Assembly (NCBI GenBank): GCA_018646625.1
Contig: JABGUJ010000001.1
Span: 441,534 to 505,533, forward strand
Source: Candidatus Woesearchaeota archaeon
GTDB taxonomy: Archaea > Nanobdellota > Nanobdellia > Woesearchaeales > JABGUJ01
Reading direction: 5' to 3'
DNA length: 64,000 nucleotides
This document shows positions 59,359-64,000 of this stretch, piece by piece; the first letter of the stretch is position 1; the number at the start of each line of letters is the position of its first letter. The position numbers and the translations under genes were made by a program. The notes below the pieces were generated by a model. That model was not told where the DNA came from, made no database searches, and saw only the letters and a list, made by a program, of their open reading frames with translations.

Positions 59359-59628
59359 TTACATTAATCCCATTTGAGTTGCGATATCGATTGCAGGTGT
59401 TTCACTGCCAAATTTAACGTAAGCTCTTTTTTTACCTTGAGGGGTTATTAACGTGTTAACCTTCTCAACTGTAGTTTTAAACATCTTTTCAACAGCTTCT
59501 TTTATTTCTGTTTTTGATGCTTTTTTATCTACTTCGAATATGAGTTTATTTTCTGCTTCCATCAATCTTATAGACTTCTCAGTCGATAAAGGAAACTTAA
59601 TAATTCTGTATGGATCTGCGCTTTCCAT
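59359..59628 (-). CDS. rpl23: 50S ribosomal protein uL23
   Basis: TEKS, KVNTLI, KKRAYV. Confidence 0.95.
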   Translation of the reverse strand: MESADPYRIIKFPLSTEKSIRLMEAENKLIFEVDKKASKTEIKEAVEKMFKTTVEKVNTLITPQGKKRAYVKFGSETPAIDIATQMGLM

Positions 59629-59630
59629 CT

Positions 59631-60575
59631 TTACTTCTTAGCTGCCTCCTTTTTTACTGGCTTTTTTTTTGCAGCTTTTTTCTTTTTCTTCTCTTCTGCC
59701 TTCTTCTTCTTTTCTTCCAAAGCTTGTTTTTTTACTACCTTTCTGTCTACTTTCTCTACAACAACTTCGTCAGTAAAAAGTTTTTCAGCATCTAATTTCT
59801 TGATGCTATCTTCAGTATAAAGTGTAAGTCTTCCTACGGCAGCTCCAGGAGCTAAAAGTTCCGCATTAACTTCATTAACTTTAACAACTTCTACACCAGG
59901 AATATTAATTCCAGATTTAAGCAAAGGACAGTCTTTTGAAACTACAAGAAGAGGACCTTTCTTAGTTATGTATTTTCTTCCTCTTAACTTACCTTTTCCT
60001 GCTCTTATCTTTTTTTCACTTGTTCTTTCAATCTCATCTTTCAAACCAAGCTTCTCCAATGATTGGATTACGTCTTTAGTCTTTGAAAGAGATTCAAAAG
60101 AGTTATCAAGTACGAATGGGAAATCTTTAGGAACTTTATGACCTCTTTCTTCTACTGCTTCTTTGATTACAGTAGCAGCCAGTGCGCTCCTTATTGCTTT
60201 TCTTCTTTCTTTAATGTTAATTTTCTTGTCCCAAATCTTTTCTGCTTTAGGTGCGTGAGCTCTTCTTCCACCAACTGTACCAGGAGCAATTGCGCCAGTC
60301 CAGTTCATTTGAGTTCCTCGCCTAGTCATAACTTTTCTAGGGACTCTGGATATACCTTTACCGTAGCAGCCTCTGTATTTTCTTCTTCTTTTAGATACAT
60401 TAGCACTATGTCTCATACCTGCTTCAGGATCTGCACCATATGCCTGCCTCTTGTGACTTTGTATTGCCTCTACTGCCCTCTTTACTAAATCGGGTCTAAC
60501 AGGTTCTACAAATTGAGCAGGCAGCTCAATGCTTCCCTTTTGCACGTTTGCTTGGGTATGTATGTTTAATTTCAT
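59631..60575 (-). CDS. rpl4: 50S ribosomal protein uL4
   Basis: RPDLVKRA, GGRRAHAPK, LLAPG. Confidence 0.95.
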   Translation of the reverse strand: MKLNIHTQANVQKGSIELPAQFVEPVRPDLVKRAVEAIQSHKRQAYGADPEAGMRHSANVSKRRRKYRGCYGKGISRVPRKVMTRRGTQMNWTGAIAPGTVGGRRAHAPKAEKIWDKKINIKERRKAIRSALAATVIKEAVEERGHKVPKDFPFVLDNSFESLSKTKDVIQSLEKLGLKDEIERTSEKKIRAGKGKLRGRKYITKKGPLLVVSKDCPLLKSGINIPGVEVVKVNEVNAELLAPGAAVGRLTLYTEDSIKKLDAEKLFTDEVVVEKVDRKVVKKQALEEKKKKAEEKKKKKAAKKKPVKKEAAKK

Positions 60576-60597
60576 TTTTTTGTTATTGTGATATTCT

Positions 60598-60648
60598 TCA
60601 GCAGTTACTCCTTCTCATCAGTTGTTCAGCCGGGAATAACTTCATCAT
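60598..60648 (-). ncRNA. Double-guide box C/D methylation guide sRNA
   Basis: AUGAUGA - 12-nt guide - CUGA - ACAA - CUGAUGA - 13-nt guide - CUGA. Confidence 0.9.
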
Positions 60649-61655
60649 CAGCGTGATTTTACTCTGTTACCTTGCTTTGATGCAAGACTTATTTCTTGTA
60701 TTGTTGGTGCTTCTGTTGGGACTTTTGCATTTGGCCTTATTGCTTTAACCAATCTTACAATTCTTTTCTTCGATCCGCCAACAGATCCTTTTACGAGGAT
60801 GAATGGATTTTTAACTTCTCCATATCTTAAGAAGCCACCTCTAGGAGTAACTTCTTTTCCTTCTTCACCAATCTTCATTAACCATTTGTTATATTCAACA
60901 CGAGTATGAAATCCAGTCTGACCTGCGTGTGCAACTCTATACATAACGTGGCCTTGACCTTTCCAAGGACCCAAACTTCCTGGGTTTCTCTTAGCTTTCT
61001 CTTTTTTTCTGCCTTGAACAGTAATTCCAAATCTCTTTACAGGACCTTGGAATCCTTTTCCAATTGTTACAGCGTGAATGTCAATTTGTTCTCCTTCTTT
61101 GAAAACATCTTTAACAGAAACTTCCTTACCTAAATTGTCTTTAGCATAAGCAAACTGTTCTGCGACATTTCCACCAAGTCCCAATTCAAACAGTTCTGGT
61201 TTTTTACTTCCAATACCTGTTAGCTTTGGTTGCGTATATGCAAGAACTCTAATTTCGGTATAATCTTCAGGTTTGATCTCAGTTATTTTTTTCTCATCAA
61301 CCTTTTTGGGCATGATAGTTTTTCTTTCAAGTTCTTTATCCCATTTAGGTGCATTAATTTGAGTTTTCAACTTAAGACCGTAAATTGATTTTTTGTAGAA
61401 TTTGATTGCTGCGATTTTGATTGGAGGACATTCGATAACGGTTACTGGAGAAGCGATGTCATCTCCTTTTGTTGTAGATGCCTTTCGATTATCTGTGTAT
61501 ACAACGTGAGTCATACCGGCTTTAAACCCTGCAAAGCCTAATAGAGATGGTTCTTTGCCTTCGGGCCAAGATCTAACTCTAGGACATATCTTCTTAGCTC
61601 TCTTTCGAGGCCAGAATTGCATGGATCCTTTCCTTGGTTGACCAGTTTTTCCCAT
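60648..61655 (-). CDS. rpl3: 50S ribosomal protein uL3
   Basis: PRKGS...PRKRA, GFKAGMTH, GKGFQGPVKR. Confidence 0.96.
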   Translation of the reverse strand: MGKTGQPRKGSMQFWPRKRAKKICPRVRSWPEGKEPSLLGFAGFKAGMTHVVYTDNRKASTTKGDDIASPVTVIECPPIKIAAIKFYKKSIYGLKLKTQINAPKWDKELERKTIMPKKVDEKKITEIKPEDYTEIRVLAYTQPKLTGIGSKKPELFELGLGGNVAEQFAYAKDNLGKEVSVKDVFKEGEQIDIHAVTIGKGFQGPVKRFGITVQGRKKEKAKRNPGSLGPWKGQGHVMYRVAHAGQTGFHTRVEYNKWLMKIGEEGKEVTPRGGFLRYGEVKNPFILVKGSVGGSKKRIVRLVKAIRPNAKVPTEAPTIQEISLASKQGNRVKSR

Positions 61656-61923
61656 TTTCGTCTTTTCATGTCAAATCATACAAGACAAAGCTACCTAGAA
61701 ACCAACAAGACTTTCTCAAAATCCCCCCACGAGACTCTTAAAATCCTATTATTAAGTCATTCACCAGAACAAGTTGCTTTTCACAAACTTTGTACTGAAA
61801 GACTTTTTTTCAGGCTGTGTTCGCTTGTTTACATGCATTCTGAGATGTTCTCCGAATGCTGTTTGATCGATTTGATCAATTTAATTGTGATTACTTTCGC
61901 AGGAAAAGACAACTCTTTATAAA
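61656..61923 (-). promoter_or_regulatory. Promoter and long structured 5' leader of the ribosomal superoperon
   Basis: TTTATAAA 61916-61923, then about 235 nt with several hairpins before the rpl3 ATG. Confidence 0.6.
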
Positions 61924-62040
61924 GTTTGTTGTTATGGTGTGGTTGTAGCAAAATTAACGGTTTGAGGCTGTTGCCTACAAGCATTTTGTGAACTTTCTTC
62001 AAAACCTTTATATACTTATCTGGGCGTCTAAACGATCACT

Positions 62041-63213
62041 ATGGGATTATGGAATGTGTTAACTGCGCCAGCCAGATTTGCTGCACACGTAGCAGGTGGA
62101 GCTGCAAGCAGGGCAGGAAATCACATGACTGGTAACATAGCTGCCAACGCCGCATTAAGTAAAGCCCGATTTCAATTAAGGTCTTACGAGGGTAAAGAGC
62201 TATTTGATTCTAAACAACTTGCAGCACACGTAAGGCAATTCAAGAAAGTTCTTCACATCATGATGAAACACTATGGTGGTGTTAATAAACATGGTGAGTC
62301 TGATTATGTTCACAGTTTAATTGCTAAAGCTAAAGGAAATAGTGCTCTCTTAGAGAAACTTCAAGCTGAAGCAGTTGCAACATTCACTGGTTATTATCAT
62401 AAACTATTAGAGATTATGTCTCAAGTAGAGATAGATCAAGCAGATTTAACACTTCAAGAGAATGCTGCATTGATTAAAGACGAGAAAGGGATGGGCAAAT
62501 TAATTGCAGATTTAGATGGTGTAAGAAAGGGCGAACATTTGACGTTTAATGTGGCTGAATTCAGTGAAGTTTTAGACGCTCTGAAAAAAAAGGTTGGCGG
62601 TCAAGAAGTTAAAGACGCCCGTGTTGAAATAAAAGAAAGAACCAGGTTTGAAAAAGGTAAAGATGCTGTTCGTGGTTGGGCCAGATTTGTCGGGCACGTT
62701 AGAGGAATTAATTTTGTAGCTCACAAGGCACGCAAGTTAAGTAAACAAGTAATGACTCACGATTATAGAAAATTTCATCAACATTTTAACGAATTACAAT
62801 CCGAGATAGGGGCTAAACAGGTTACCCCTGCAACTCTTACCAAATTAAAATTTTTATTGAAGAATTATGAAGGTGTGAGAAAATATTACCATGAAATTGA
62901 TCAAGATATGATCTTAATCATGCAGCTCGTTTTTGAAGGATTTGATGAGCTCTCGAAAGAATGCGTTGTACCTCTATACACTGCTTTGAGGAGCGTTAAA
63001 GGCGCGGATAAGCTCCTTGAAGTTCATAAACAAGTACTTGCGCTTCACCAAAAATACAATACGGAACTAGCGAGAGAAGAATTTGAAATAAAGGCAGTAT
63101 ACAAAGCTTTGCAGGAACTAGTTGCCGAGTGTGAAACGGTTGTCACAAATGCGAGAAATGAGAATGCTGGTATTATTAAACAGGTTCAACAGCAAATGGC
63201 TGGCGCAACTTAA
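62041..63213 (+). CDS. Hypothetical alpha-helical/coiled-coil protein
   Basis: 390-aa ORF; AAAACCTTTATATA promoter about 30 bp upstream (leaderless-like). Confidence 0.75.
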   Translation: MGLWNVLTAPARFAAHVAGGAASRAGNHMTGNIAANAALSKARFQLRSYEGKELFDSKQLAAHVRQFKKVLHIMMKHYGGVNKHGESDYVHSLIAKAKGNSALLEKLQAEAVATFTGYYHKLLEIMSQVEIDQADLTLQENAALIKDEKGMGKLIADLDGVRKGEHLTFNVAEFSEVLDALKKKVGGQEVKDARVEIKERTRFEKGKDAVRGWARFVGHVRGINFVAHKARKLSKQVMTHDYRKFHQHFNELQSEIGAKQVTPATLTKLKFLLKNYEGVRKYYHEIDQDMILIMQLVFEGFDELSKECVVPLYTALRSVKGADKLLEVHKQVLALHQKYNTELAREEFEIKAVYKALQELVAECETVVTNARNENAGIIKQVQQQMAGAT

Positions 63214-63998
63214 CTCTTTTCTTCTTCTCGTTTCTTTAACATATCTTCTTTAAACTTCTTATGTTTTTCTCGAGTTTGTCGTCTTTGTTCTTTCTCTTCG
63301 TCAGTTAACTTACGTCCTTTTGTACTTCCTTCTTCTCTAGGATTATTGGCGATTAATACTCTCAATTTAGAATACTGTGCTGGGTTCTTTATCTTCTTAC
63401 AAAGACCATCTGGTTTACAGAGTCCCAGATCAACATAATACATTTTATTATCGCAGTTAGGGGGCAAGATCTTTTTCTTCATTTGTTTATGATATCTTAT
63501 TTGCCCTTTCAACATAACTTCTCTTAGCTGATCGTCGTTCTTAGCATTCCATTTTTTCAGCATCTCATCAATTTGATCATACTCCCAACCTAAAGAAACT
63601 AAGAAGTTAACAAAAATGAACAAGAACCTTTTCTTACCATCAGGCATTCCTTGCATTGCGTGTTTAATGCATGGAGGAAAGAAATCTTCCGGAACTGCCG
63701 TCGAGGGAACAGAATACTCCTTCTCGTGGGTTATCTTATATTCTTCATCTTCTATTGCTGGTTTGAAGTCAAATGCTTGCTGAAACATTTTAGATGCTTC
63801 GCCTAGCTCAGCTACGCTTCTGTCTAAGTAGTCAAAGCTCGACGACGTTATAGTTCCAATCTTAGCTGTGGCTGTGTCGAACTCTAATATTTTACTTGGA
63901 TCAACAGGGATGGAAATCCATCCTGATTTTTCGTTTACAGAATAAACCATTCTACACAAATGTCTTGGTGAAATTAGTATTGTATCTATTTCAAGGAA
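63210..63998 (-). CDS. Fused DNA primase PriS-PriL (3' part; 5' end outside the window)
   Basis: Frame open to the edge; PriS-type EIDTILISPRHLCRMVYS..EKSG followed by PriL Fe-S-domain motifs FPPCI, PPNC, LCKPDGLC..KNP. Confidence 0.8.
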   Translation of the reverse strand, partial: FLEIDTILISPRHLCRMVYSVNEKSGWISIPVDPSKILEFDTATAKIGTITSSSFDYLDRSVAELGEASKMFQQAFDFKPAIEDEEYKITHEKEYSVPSTAVPEDFFPPCIKHAMQGMPDGKKRFLFIFVNFLVSLGWEYDQIDEMLKKWNAKNDDQLREVMLKGQIRYHKQMKKKILPPNCDNKMYYVDLGLCKPDGLCKKIKNPAQYSKLRVLIANNPREEGSTKGRKLTDEEKEQRRQTREKHKKFKEDMLKKREEEKS

Positions 63999-64000
63999 CA

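Noticed and set aside
49386..61922. Many + strand ORFs opposite the ribosomal genes
   Set aside because: Antisense shadows of well-supported genes

Overview
AT-rich archaeal chromosome segment, most likely DPANN/Woesearchaeota-like. This is inferred from the archaeal r-protein set, Topo VI, RadB, archaeal DnaG, a fused PriS-PriL primase and many orphan ORFs. From left to right it contains: five class III signal-peptide (pilin-like) genes; RFC large subunit; a YhhQ-type transporter; a liv-type ABC operon interrupted by a HAD gene and four orphan genes; a 1062-aa kinase-like membrane protein; CysQ-like phosphatase, uS2 and RadB; a GT-C/GT-C/GT2/thioredoxin-like cluster; MBF1; tRNA-Cys (45-nt intron) and tRNA-Arg; cyclophilin, top6A/B and Dim2; a surface-protein/regulator island; RIO1, DnaG, an HD-GYP-like protein, AK6 and a DEDDh exonuclease; an ABC-2 cassette; the uL3-to-secY ribosomal superoperon; and a partial primase. 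The best unannotated signals are non-coding. (1) A double-guide box C/D sRNA between rpl3 and rpl4 has two guides that both match the 23S peptidyl-transferase region. (2) The 740-bp rio1-dnaG intergenic region holds a hairpin array with repeated anti-Shine-Dalgarno-like motifs and a ~280-nt multi-stem RNA ahead of dnaG. (3) Structured leaders precede rpl3, rps2 and livK. All calls come from by-eye motif recognition and manual base-pairing; no searches or folding programs were run.
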